From assembly GCA_044866005.1 (NCBI GenBank), contig JBIOTN010000122.1, positions 1 through 21,390 of the forward strand: a DNA stretch of 21,390 bases. Direction: 5' to 3'. This document shows positions 12,424 through 21,390 of the stretch, in pieces. Position 1 is the first letter of the stretch. The number at the start of each line of letters is the position of its first letter. Origin of the DNA: Candidatus Rokuibacteriota bacterium (GTDB taxonomy: Bacteria; Methylomirabilota; Methylomirabilia; Rokubacteriales; DASRDR01). Position numbers and translations under genes: made by a program. The notes below the pieces were generated by a model that ran no database searches, was not told the origin of the DNA, and saw only the letters and a program-made list of their open reading frames with translations.

Positions 12424-12650
12424 CGGGTGGTCCAGGCCGCCCCGCCCGCCTGGCGGGGGGCCTCCTCCGTGGCTATCAGCGCTGGCTCTCGCCGATCCTG
12501 CCGCCGGCCTGTCGTTACTGGCCGTCGTGTTCCGAGTACGCGCGACTGGCCATCGCCCGCCACGGACTGGTCCGGGGGAGTCTCCTCGCGCTCGGGCGCC
12601 TGGTCCGTTGTCAGCCGCTCTTCCCCGGCGGCGTTGACGCGCCGCGTTAG
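12420..12650 (+). CDS. yidD: Membrane protein insertion efficiency factor YidD
   Basis: ATG overlaps the rnpA stop. 76 aa with [18 protein letters not shown] and [14 protein letters not shown] (three conserved Cys). Confidence 0.93.
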   Translation: MTGGPGRPARLAGGLLRGYQRWLSPILPPACRYWPSCSEYARLAIARHGLVRGSLLALGRLVRCQPLFPGGVDAPR

Positions 12651-12673
12651 AAGGCGATCTCTCTCCTGCGCTG

Positions 12674-14464
12674 ATGGAAAAGCGGGCCCTCATCGCCATT
12701 GTCCTGTCCGTCGTGCTGCTCATCGCATGGCAGGCACTGTTTTCGCCCCCCGCCGCCCCGCCTCCCCCACCCGAGGGGCGTGACCTTGCTCCGGTCGGTC
12801 CCTCCACGCCCGCGCCCGCCACCTCGCCCGAGGTCAGCCGGGCCCCGCGGCCGGCTCCCGTCGGGGCGGCCCCGACCCCGCCGGGCACGGTGGCCGAGGT
12901 GATCACCCCACTCTATCGGGCATCGTTCGGCCAGGACGGCGCCGCCACCCGCTGGGTCCTGACGTACCGAGGCGACAAGGAAGTCATCCTCGGCGCCCCC
13001 TTGGGCCCGCTGGCGGTGGCCGTGAGCCGGGCCGGACAGGCCTCGGAGCCGGTCGCGCTCGTCCCGCAGGCCCAGCGCCTGGAGCTCGGCGGAGCGCGGC
13101 CGGAAGGCACGCTCACGTTCCGGGGCACGACCGCGGACGGGACCCCCGCGGAGAAGACCCTCACCTTTCGGGCCGACTCCTACCGGATCGGCCTCCAGCT
13201 CCGGGTGGGGCGGGCCGGCACGCCCGGAAGGCCCGGGACGCTGGCCGTGTACTGGACGACGCCGGTGGCCGTCCCGGGAACGACCCAGAGCGACCCCTGG
13301 CTGACGTTCGGGGAAGGCGCCGAGCACCGCCAGATGCTCGGCCGCATTCTCGTCGCGCAGAACGGCCGCCCCGCCGCCTTCGAGCCGCCGGCGCCGGCGT
13401 TGAAGGACCTGAAAGAAGCCCCGGGGGGCCCGGGCGCGCCGAAGGATCCCCAGAAGGATGCGAAAGGATCCCCAGCCAACGCGCGCGAGCTGAAGGATCC
13501 CCACCTGGTGCCGGCCGCCGAGGTCCCCCTCGAGCGGCGGTGGGTCGCCCTGGAAAACGACTACTTCATCGTGGCCCTCATCCCGTCAGCCGGCGTGCGC
13601 GTCCAGCGCGAGCGCGAGCCCGATCGCGCCGTCGTGGCCCTGGTCTTCCCCGAGAGCGCGGGCGCGCCCGGGACGGGGCAGGCCGAGCTCTACGTGGGCC
13701 CGAAAGAGTGGGATCGCCTCGCCGCGCTGGGGGTCGGCCTCGAGCAGGCCCAGGCCCGGAATTACGGGGACTTCCTCTGGACGCTGCCGATGCAGTGGTT
13801 CTGCGTGCCGCTCCTGTGGCTCATGAACTTCTTCGCGACCCGACTGCCCGGCCAGAACTACGGGATCGCGATCATCCTGCTCACCGTGCTCGTGAAGATC
13901 CTCTTTTATCCGCTGGCGCAGAAGAGCATGACCTCGATGAAGCAGATGCAGGCGCTTCAGCCTCAGGTCAACGCGCTGCGCTCGAAATACAAATCCGATC
14001 CCCAGCGCTTCCAGCGTGAACAGATGGAGCTCTTCCGGAAGCACAAGGTGAATCCGGTGGGCGGCTGCCTGCCCATGGTGGTGCAGATCCCCATCTTCTA
14101 CGCCCTCTACCTCACGCTCCAGTACTCCGTCGAGCTGCAGGGCGCCCACTTTTTCCTCTGGATCACGGACCTTTCGAAGAAGGATCCCTATTACGTGCTC
14201 CCGATCCTGATGGGCGTGTCGATGCTCATCCAGCAGAAGATGACGCCGACCGTCGGCGATCCGCGCCAGGCGCGCGTGATGCTCATCATGCCCGTGATCT
14301 TCACCTTCATGTTCCTCGAGTTCCCGACGGGCCTGGTCCTCTACTGGCTCGTCAACAACGTGCTCTCGATCGGGCAGCAGTACCTCATCGACCGGGCCGT
14401 CGCGCGCGCGAAGATCGCGGCGCCGGTGGAGGGCAAAGGGAACCGGGAGGCCCGGAAGGGGTGA
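12674..14464 (+). CDS. yidC: Membrane protein insertase YidC
   Basis: 596 aa with N-terminal TM, a large periplasmic domain, LYVGPK, NYGIAIILLT, NPVGGCLP, WITDLS..DPYYVLP and GLVLYW. Confidence 0.97.
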   Translation: MEKRALIAIVLSVVLLIAWQALFSPPAAPPPPPEGRDLAPVGPSTPAPATSPEVSRAPRPAPVGAAPTPPGTVAEVITPLYRASFGQDGAATRWVLTYRGDKEVILGAPLGPLAVAVSRAGQASEPVALVPQAQRLELGGARPEGTLTFRGTTADGTPAEKTLTFRADSYRIGLQLRVGRAGTPGRPGTLAVYWTTPVAVPGTTQSDPWLTFGEGAEHRQMLGRILVAQNGRPAAFEPPAPALKDLKEAPGGPGAPKDPQKDAKGSPANARELKDPHLVPAAEVPLERRWVALENDYFIVALIPSAGVRVQREREPDRAVVALVFPESAGAPGTGQAELYVGPKEWDRLAALGVGLEQAQARNYGDFLWTLPMQWFCVPLLWLMNFFATRLPGQNYGIAIILLTVLVKILFYPLAQKSMTSMKQMQALQPQVNALRSKYKSDPQRFQREQMELFRKHKVNPVGGCLPMVVQIPIFYALYLTLQYSVELQGAHFFLWITDLSKKDPYYVLPILMGVSMLIQQKMTPTVGDPRQARVMLIMPVIFTFMFLEFPTGLVLYWLVNNVLSIGQQYLIDRAVARAKIAAPVEGKGNREARKG

Positions 14465-14613
14465 CGCAGACCGTCGGCCGCGACGCCGGCGCGCCCCGGC
14501 GAAAAGCAGAAAAACCATTTAAAACAAGCCGTTAACGAATTCAACGCAGTGCGCCAACAGCGGGCGCGCCCGCCTCGACGCGGCGCGCCATCGTGGTCCC
14601 GCGGGAGTGCCGG

Positions 14614-16093
<1,480 letters not shown>

Positions 16094-16935
16094 AAGCCGC
16101 GAGAGCGGCCGGTTGCTCGAGGTTCCGATCGGCAGCGTCCTGCCGAACCCTTACCAGCCCCGGAAGCGCTTCAGTCCGGAGAGTCTCGACGAGCTCGCGG
16201 CCTCCATCCGGGCGTCAGGGGTTCTCCAGCCGATCGTCGTGCGCCGTCGGGGCGAGCAATACGAGATTCTGGTGGGGGAGCGCCGGTGGCGGGCGGCTCG
16301 GCAGGCGGGGCTCGAGCGCGTCCCGGCCGTCGTCCGGGAGGCGAGCGACGCCGAAGCGCTGGAGCTGGCCCTCGTCGAGAACCTCCTCCGGGAGGATCTC
16401 AACCCTCTCGATGAGGCGGAGGCGTACCATCGTCTCATCGGCGAGTTCGGATGGAGCCAGGACGACCTGGCCCAGCGGATCGGAAAGGACCGCTCCTCGA
16501 TCGCCAACGCGCTTCGACTGCGGCGGCTGCCGGAGGTGGTCCAGGAGGATCTCCGGACGGGCCGGCTGACGATGGGACACGCGCGGGCTCTCCTGGGCCT
16601 CCCCACCGCCACGGCTCAGCTTCGGCTGCGGGAGCAGATCCTCGCTCAGGACTGGTCGGTGCGCGCGACGGAGGCGGGAGTCCGGGCGCGCCGGCAGCTC
16701 CCTCCACGCGGGCGCCGCCGGAGTCCGGAGACCGAGGCGCTCGAGGAGGAGCTCCGCCAGGCCCTCGGGGCGCGCGTCCGCGTGGTCGGGAGCCTGACGC
16801 GCGGACGGATCGAGCTGCCGTACCGGTCGACGGCGGAGCTCGAGCAGCTCCACGCCGTGCTGACGCGGCCGGGCGGCCCGGTGAGCGCGGCAGCTGCCAA
16901 GAAGGAAATCGAACTAAGCTGATTTGAGAGCAACT

Positions 16936-18024
16936 GTGGCAAAGATCGTGGTCGGGATGAGTGGTGGGGTGGACAGCTCGGTCGCCGCGGCCCTGCTGGT
17001 CGAAGCGGGCCACGAGGTCATCGGGATCACGCTGCGGACCGCCCCGTGGGCCGAGCCGCACGCCGAGACCGCGCGCTTCGGCTCCTGCTGCTCGCCCGAC
17101 ACCGCGATGGGGGCGCGAGCGGTCGCGCGCGCCCTGGGGATCTCCTATTACCTGCTCAACCACGAGCGGGAGTTCGCCGACACCGTCATTGCCGACTTCA
17201 CGCGCGAGTACCTGGCCGGCCGCACGCCGAGCCCGTGCGTCGTGTGCAACCGCGAGGTGAAGTTCGGCACGCTGCTCCGCCGCGCCCTCGCCTGGGAGGC
17301 CGAGGCGGTCGCGACCGGGCACTACGCCCGCGTGGCGCGCGACCCCGAGAGCGGCCGAATGCTGCTCTCCCGCGGCGCCGATCCCGCGAAGGACCAGAGC
17401 TATTTCCTCTGGCCGCTCCGCCAGGCCCAGCTCGAGCGCGCCGTGTTCCCGGTCGGCACGCTCACCAAGGCCGAGGTCCGCGCGAAGGCGCGCGCGCTCG
17501 GGCTGGCAACGGCGGAGACGCCGGAAAGCCAGGAACTCTGCTTCCTCGAGGGCGACTACCGGACCTTTCTTCGGACCCGGGCGCCCGAGGCGTTCCGGGC
17601 CGGCCCGGTCCTCGACGAGGCGGGGCGTGAGATCGGCGTCCACGAGGGGCTCGGCGCGTACACGGTCGGGCAGCGCCGCGGCCTCGGCGCCGCGCTCGCC
17701 GGGGGGGCGGCTCGCTACGTGATCCGGCTCGAGCCGGCGCGCAACGCCGTCGTCGTCGGCCCGCGGGAGGCGCTCTTCACGAGCCGCCTGGTGGCGACCG
17801 ACGTGAACCTCATCTCGGTGGCGCGCCTCGACGGCCCGCTCGCGGTCGAGGCGCGGATCCGGCACAACGCGCCGCTTGCGCCGGCAGAGGTCTTCCCGCA
17901 GGGGCCGGCCGAGGTCGAGGTGCGCTTCGCCACGCCGCAGCGCGCGGTGACCCCGGGACAGTCGGTCGTCTTCTACCGCCGCGACACGGTCGTCGGCGGC
18001 GGCATCATCGCCCGGGCGGCTTGA
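16936..18024 (+). CDS. mnmA: tRNA-specific 2-thiouridylase MnmA
   Basis: The start is GTG 16936 or TTG 16924. Motifs: MSGGVDS PP-loop, GRTPSPCVVCN, ATGHYA, KDQSYFL, ESQELCF, YTVGQRRGL and AVTPGQ. Confidence 0.97.
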   Translation: MAKIVVGMSGGVDSSVAAALLVEAGHEVIGITLRTAPWAEPHAETARFGSCCSPDTAMGARAVARALGISYYLLNHEREFADTVIADFTREYLAGRTPSPCVVCNREVKFGTLLRRALAWEAEAVATGHYARVARDPESGRMLLSRGADPAKDQSYFLWPLRQAQLERAVFPVGTLTKAEVRAKARALGLATAETPESQELCFLEGDYRTFLRTRAPEAFRAGPVLDEAGREIGVHEGLGAYTVGQRRGLGAALAGGAARYVIRLEPARNAVVVGPREALFTSRLVATDVNLISVARLDGPLAVEARIRHNAPLAPAEVFPQGPAEVEVRFATPQRAVTPGQSVVFYRRDTVVGGGIIARAA

Positions 18025-18050
18025 CACTGCTCAGGAGCGCGTGGTATTCG
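18021..18050 (+). promoter_or_regulatory. Putative atp operon promoter
   Basis: Perfect TTGACA (18021-18026, overlapping the mnmA stop), an 18-bp spacer, and TGgTATTCG. The -10 lacks its final T. Confidence 0.5.
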
Positions 18051-18053
18051 GTG

Positions 18054-18075
18054 AGGGCGATCTTGCCCTTTTTTT
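18054..18075 (+). terminator. Putative short intrinsic terminator after mnmA
   Basis: AGGGCG-ATCT-TGCCCT hairpin (one G-U pair) running into a T tract (18069-18075). Confidence 0.45.
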
Positions 18076-18101
18076 CACATACCCCGCCCGCGAGGATTGA
18101 C

Positions 18102-18707
18102 ATGATTCGGAGCCGGCACGCCTCGAGTCTCCCTGTCCGGACGCTGGCGCTCCTGCTCGGCGGGGCGCTGCCCCTCTTCGCGCCCGCCGTGGTGTCGGCG
18201 GCCGAGGGGGGCGAGGGCGGCGGGCTGATCGACCTCAACTGGACGCTCTTCGTCCAGATCGCGAACTTCCTCGTCCTGCTGGTCCTCCTCTATGTCTTCG
18301 CCTACAAGCCGCTCGTCGCGATGCTCCAGACGCGCGCCGACGCCATCCGCCAGCAGCTCGCCGAGGCGCAGGCCGCCCGAGAGCAGGCCCAGCGGCAGCT
18401 CGCCGAGTTCGACTCGCGCCTGCAGGCCGCGCATGCCGAGGCCCAGGCTCTCCGCGAGCGCGCCACGCGGGAGGCGGCGGAGACGCGGGAGCGGCTGACG
18501 GCCGAAGCGCGGCGAGAAGCGGCACGCCTCGTGGAGAGCGCGCGCGCCCAGATCGAGCAGGACGTCCGCCGGGCCAGAGACGAGCTGCGCGCGGAGGTGG
18601 GGACGCTCGCCCTCGCGATCGCGGAGCGACTCATCCAGCGGAGCCTTCGTGACGAGGACCACCAGCGCCTCGTCCAGGAGGCGATCGGGCGGATGGACGC
18701 GCGGTGA
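18102..18707 (+). CDS. atpF: ATP synthase F0 subunit b with an N-terminal signal-peptide-like extension
   Basis: ATG 18102 follows GAGGA. TM segment [27 protein letters not shown] is followed by an Ala/Glu/Arg-rich coiled coil ending [10 protein letters not shown]. Directly upstream of atpH. Confidence 0.93.
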   Translation: MIRSRHASSLPVRTLALLLGGALPLFAPAVVSAAEGGEGGGLIDLNWTLFVQIANFLVLLVLLYVFAYKPLVAMLQTRADAIRQQLAEAQAAREQAQRQLAEFDSRLQAAHAEAQALRERATREAAETRERLTAEARREAARLVESARAQIEQDVRRARDELRAEVGTLALAIAERLIQRSLRDEDHQRLVQEAIGRMDAR

Positions 18708-19264
18708 GGCGTGGCGCCGCCGTCGCCCGTCGGTACGCGAAGGCGCTCACGAGTCTGGCGGCCGAGGAGTCGCGCGTCGAGCCGGTGGCGCAGGAGCTCG
18801 GCGCGTTCGCCCGGGTGCTGGCCGACGAGCCGGCGCTCCGGGACGCGCTCCTCACGCCCTGGATCAAGCCGGGGACCAAGCGCGCGATCGTCGCCAGCCT
18901 GGCCGAACGGCTGGGGCTGTCGGCGCTCACGCGGAACTTCCTCGCGCTCGTAGCCCAGCGGCGGCGGCTCGGGTTGTTGCCCGACATCGTGGCCGCCTAC
19001 CAGGCCCTGGCGGACGAGGCGGCGGGGCTGGCGCGGGCGCGCATCCGGAGCGCCGCCCCGCTCACCGAGAGCCAGCGCGCCGCGATCCGGGACGGCCTCG
19101 CGCGCCGCCTCGGCAAGACGGTGCGGCTCGAGACGGAGACCGATCCCACCCTGCTCGGCGGCTTCGTCGCCGAGGTCGGCGGCCGCTGGCTCGACGTGAG
19201 CCTGGCCGGCCAGCTGGCGGCGCTGCGCGCCCGGCTCGTGACGGATTCCAGGGGGACAGCATGA
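18704..19264 (+). CDS. atpH: ATP synthase F1 subunit delta
   Basis: 186 aa with [23 protein letters not shown] and [18 protein letters not shown]. Confidence 0.95.
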   Translation: MRRGAAVARRYAKALTSLAAEESRVEPVAQELGAFARVLADEPALRDALLTPWIKPGTKRAIVASLAERLGLSALTRNFLALVAQRRRLGLLPDIVAAYQALADEAAGLARARIRSAAPLTESQRAAIRDGLARRLGKTVRLETETDPTLLGGFVAEVGGRWLDVSLAGQLAALRARLVTDSRGTA

Positions 19265-20790
19265 TCAAGGCCGGCGAGATCAGCGAGATCATCCGGCGCC
19301 AGATCCAGGGCTTCGAGGCGGAAACCGAGCTCGCCGAAATGGGCCGCGTGATCGAGGTCGGGGACGGCATCGCCCGCGTCTACGGCCTCGAGCAGGCGAT
19401 GTCCGGGGAGCTCCTCCAGTTCCCGGGCGAGGTCTACGGCCTGGTCTTGAACCTGGAAGAAGACAACGTCGGGGCCGTGCTGCTCGGCGAGGACCGCGCG
19501 ATCCGCGAGGGGGACGTCGTCAAGCGGACCGGGCGTATCGCGCAGGTGCCCGTCGGCGAGCCTCTGGTGGGTCGCGTGGTGAACGGCCTCGGCCAGCCGG
19601 TCGACGGCAAAGGCCCGATCGCCACGAAGGAGTCCCGGCCCATCGAGCGCTACGCCCCGGGCGTGGTCGACCGGCGGCCCGTGAAGGAGCCGCTGCAGAC
19701 CGGGCTCAAGGCGATCGACGCGATGATCCCCATCGGGCGCGGCCAGCGGGAGCTCATCATCGGCGACCGCCAGACCGGCAAGACGGCCATCGCGGTGGAC
19801 ACGATCCTCAACCAGAAGGGCCAGGACGTCCACTGCTTCTACGTGGCGGTCGGACAGAAGCGGTCCACGGTGGCCCAGGTCGTGAAGATCCTGGAGGATG
19901 CCGGCGCGATGGCCTACACGACGGTCGTCTCGGCGACCGCCTCGGACCCCGCCCCCCTGCAGTACCTCGCCCCGTACGCCGGGGTGACGATGGGGGAGTA
20001 CTTCCGGGACTCCAAGCGCCATGCCCTCTGCATCTACGACGACCTCTCCAAGCACGCCCAGGCCTACCGCCAGCTCTCGCTCCTGCTCCGCCGCCCGCCG
20101 GGCCGCGAGGCCTATCCGGGCGACGTGTTCTACCTGCACTCCCGTCTCCTCGAGCGGGCGGCCAAGCTGAACGACGAGCTGGGCGGCGGCTCGCTCACGG
20201 CGCTCCCCATCATCGAGACGCAGCTCGGCGACGTGTCGGCCTACATCCCGACGAACGTCATCTCGATCACCGACGGCCAGATCTACCTCGAGACCGACCT
20301 CTTCTATGCGGGCATCCGCCCGGCCGTCAACGTCGGCCTCTCGGTCTCGCGGGTCGGCGGCTCCGCCCAGGTCAAGGCGATGCGGCAGGTCGCCGGGAAG
20401 CTCCGCCTCGACCTCGCCCAGTACCGGGAGCTCGCCGCGTTCGCCCAGTTCGGCTCTGAGCTCGACAAGGCGACCCAGCAGCAGCTCTCGCGAGGGCAGC
20501 GCATGGTGGAGCTCCTGAAGCAGGGCCAGTACACGCCGATGTCGGTGGAGCGCCAGATCCTCAGCATCTACGCCGGCACCCAGGGGCATCTCGATGACGT
20601 CCCGGTTGACGCGCTCCGCGCGTTCGAGGAGGCCCTCCATCAGTACGCGGACAGCCGCGGGGCGGCCATCCTGGCGGAGATCCGCGACAAGAAGGAAATC
20701 TCCGACGCGCTCCGGCCGAAGCTCGACGAGCTGATCGCGGGCGCGAAGGCGGAGTTCACCGCCGCCCGGGGCACCACCGCCGCGGCGTAA
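19261..20790 (+). CDS. atpA: ATP synthase F1 subunit alpha
   Basis: Start at ATG 19261 ([11 protein letters not shown]), not the ORF-track 18649. 509 aa with [40 protein letters not shown] and ITDGQI. Confidence 0.98.
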   Translation: MIKAGEISEIIRRQIQGFEAETELAEMGRVIEVGDGIARVYGLEQAMSGELLQFPGEVYGLVLNLEEDNVGAVLLGEDRAIREGDVVKRTGRIAQVPVGEPLVGRVVNGLGQPVDGKGPIATKESRPIERYAPGVVDRRPVKEPLQTGLKAIDAMIPIGRGQRELIIGDRQTGKTAIAVDTILNQKGQDVHCFYVAVGQKRSTVAQVVKILEDAGAMAYTTVVSATASDPAPLQYLAPYAGVTMGEYFRDSKRHALCIYDDLSKHAQAYRQLSLLLRRPPGREAYPGDVFYLHSRLLERAAKLNDELGGGSLTALPIIETQLGDVSAYIPTNVISITDGQIYLETDLFYAGIRPAVNVGLSVSRVGGSAQVKAMRQVAGKLRLDLAQYRELAAFAQFGSELDKATQQQLSRGQRMVELLKQGQYTPMSVERQILSIYAGTQGHLDDVPVDALRAFEEALHQYADSRGAAILAEIRDKKEISDALRPKLDELIAGAKAEFTAARGTTAAA

Positions 20791-20811
20791 GGACGGACAC
20801 GGCCCAGCTCG

Positions 20812-21390
20812 ATGGCAACGCTCCAGGACATCCGGCGGCGGATCCGCTCCGTCCAGTCGACGCAGAAGATCACGCGCGCGATGAAGCTCGTCGCGGCGGC
20901 GAAGCTCCGGCGGGCCCAGGAGCGGATTCTCGAGGCACGCCCCTACGCCTTCAAAATGGCGGAGCTCGTCGGCACCCTAGTCCGGGGCCTCGGCGAGGAC
21001 AAGCATCCACTCCTCGTCCGGCGCGAGGGGCCGCGCAAGCTCTACGTCGTGATCACCGCCGACAAGGGGCTCTGCGGCGCCTTCAACTCGAACGTCATCC
21101 GAAAGGCCCTCGAGCTCGTGCGCACCGCGCCGGAAGGCACAGCGTCGCTCTTGACGGTGGGCCGCAAGGCGCGGGACTTCTTTCGGCGCCGTCCCTGGCC
21201 GGTCCGCGGCGAGCGAATCGGGTTCCTGGAGCGGCTGACCTTCGCCGACGTGCGAGAGCTGGGGACCGAGCTGACCCAGGCCTTCCTCGCGGACGAGGTC
21301 GACGAGGTGTGGCTGGTCTTCAACGAGTTCCGGTCGGTGGCGGCGCAGCGGGTGACGATCCGGCGGCTCCTGCCGATCGAGCCGCCCGAG
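20812..21390 (+). CDS. atpG: ATP synthase F1 subunit gamma (partial, runs off the window)
   Basis: Not in the ORF track. Translated by hand as MATLQDIRRRIRSVQSTQKITRAMKLVAAAKLRRAQ...VITADKGLCGAFN...RLLPI, open to the window end. Confidence 0.96.
   Translation, partial: MATLQDIRRRIRSVQSTQKITRAMKLVAAAKLRRAQERILEARPYAFKMAELVGTLVRGLGEDKHPLLVRREGPRKLYVVITADKGLCGAFNSNVIRKALELVRTAPEGTASLLTVGRKARDFFRRRPWPVRGERIGFLERLTFADVRELGTELTQAFLADEVDEVWLVFNEFRSVAAQRVTIRRLLPIEPPE

Noticed and set aside
13442..13503. Mini CRISPR array in yidC
   Set aside because: The repeats are 11 bp with 11- and 18-bp gaps, lie inside an intact CDS, and have no cas genes nearby.
18649..19260. Apparent N-terminal extension or atpH-atpA fusion (713-aa ORF)
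   Set aside because: It is an off-frame reading of atpH. AtpA starts at ATG 19261, overlapping the atpH stop.

Overview
This is a very GC-rich bacterial chromosomal origin region (roughly 70% GC by eye, not computed). Genes diverge from the dnaA-rpmH interval. The minus strand carries dnaA-dnaN-recF-gyrB-gyrA-serS, an atypical short-chain dehydrogenase, and tRNA-Ser(TGA), tRNA-Ser(GCT) and tRNA-Arg(ACG). The plus strand carries rpmH-rnpA-yidD-yidC-rsmG-parA-parB-mnmA-atpF-atpH-atpA and atpG, which the window end cuts off. I see no mobile element, CRISPR array, defence system or new multi-gene system: this is core housekeeping DNA. The points of interest are cis-elements and small deviations. 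(1) The oriC looks bipartite, with a Bacillus-like DnaA-box/GGCCC/DnaA-trio unwinding module but almost no AT-rich tract. (2) A near-consensus parA promoter, a perfect parS and a G7 run all sit inside an extended rsmG 3' end. (3) An AT-rich IHF-like patch occupies the place of jag/mnmE/mnmG. (4) The SDR lacks its catalytic Tyr. (5) GyrA has Ala at the Ser83-equivalent position. (6) There is a single atpF with a signal-peptide-like leader. (7) yidC carries a repeat-bounded insertion. Gene order and composition would fit Methylomirabilota/Rokubacteria or a similar lineage, but that is a weak inference.
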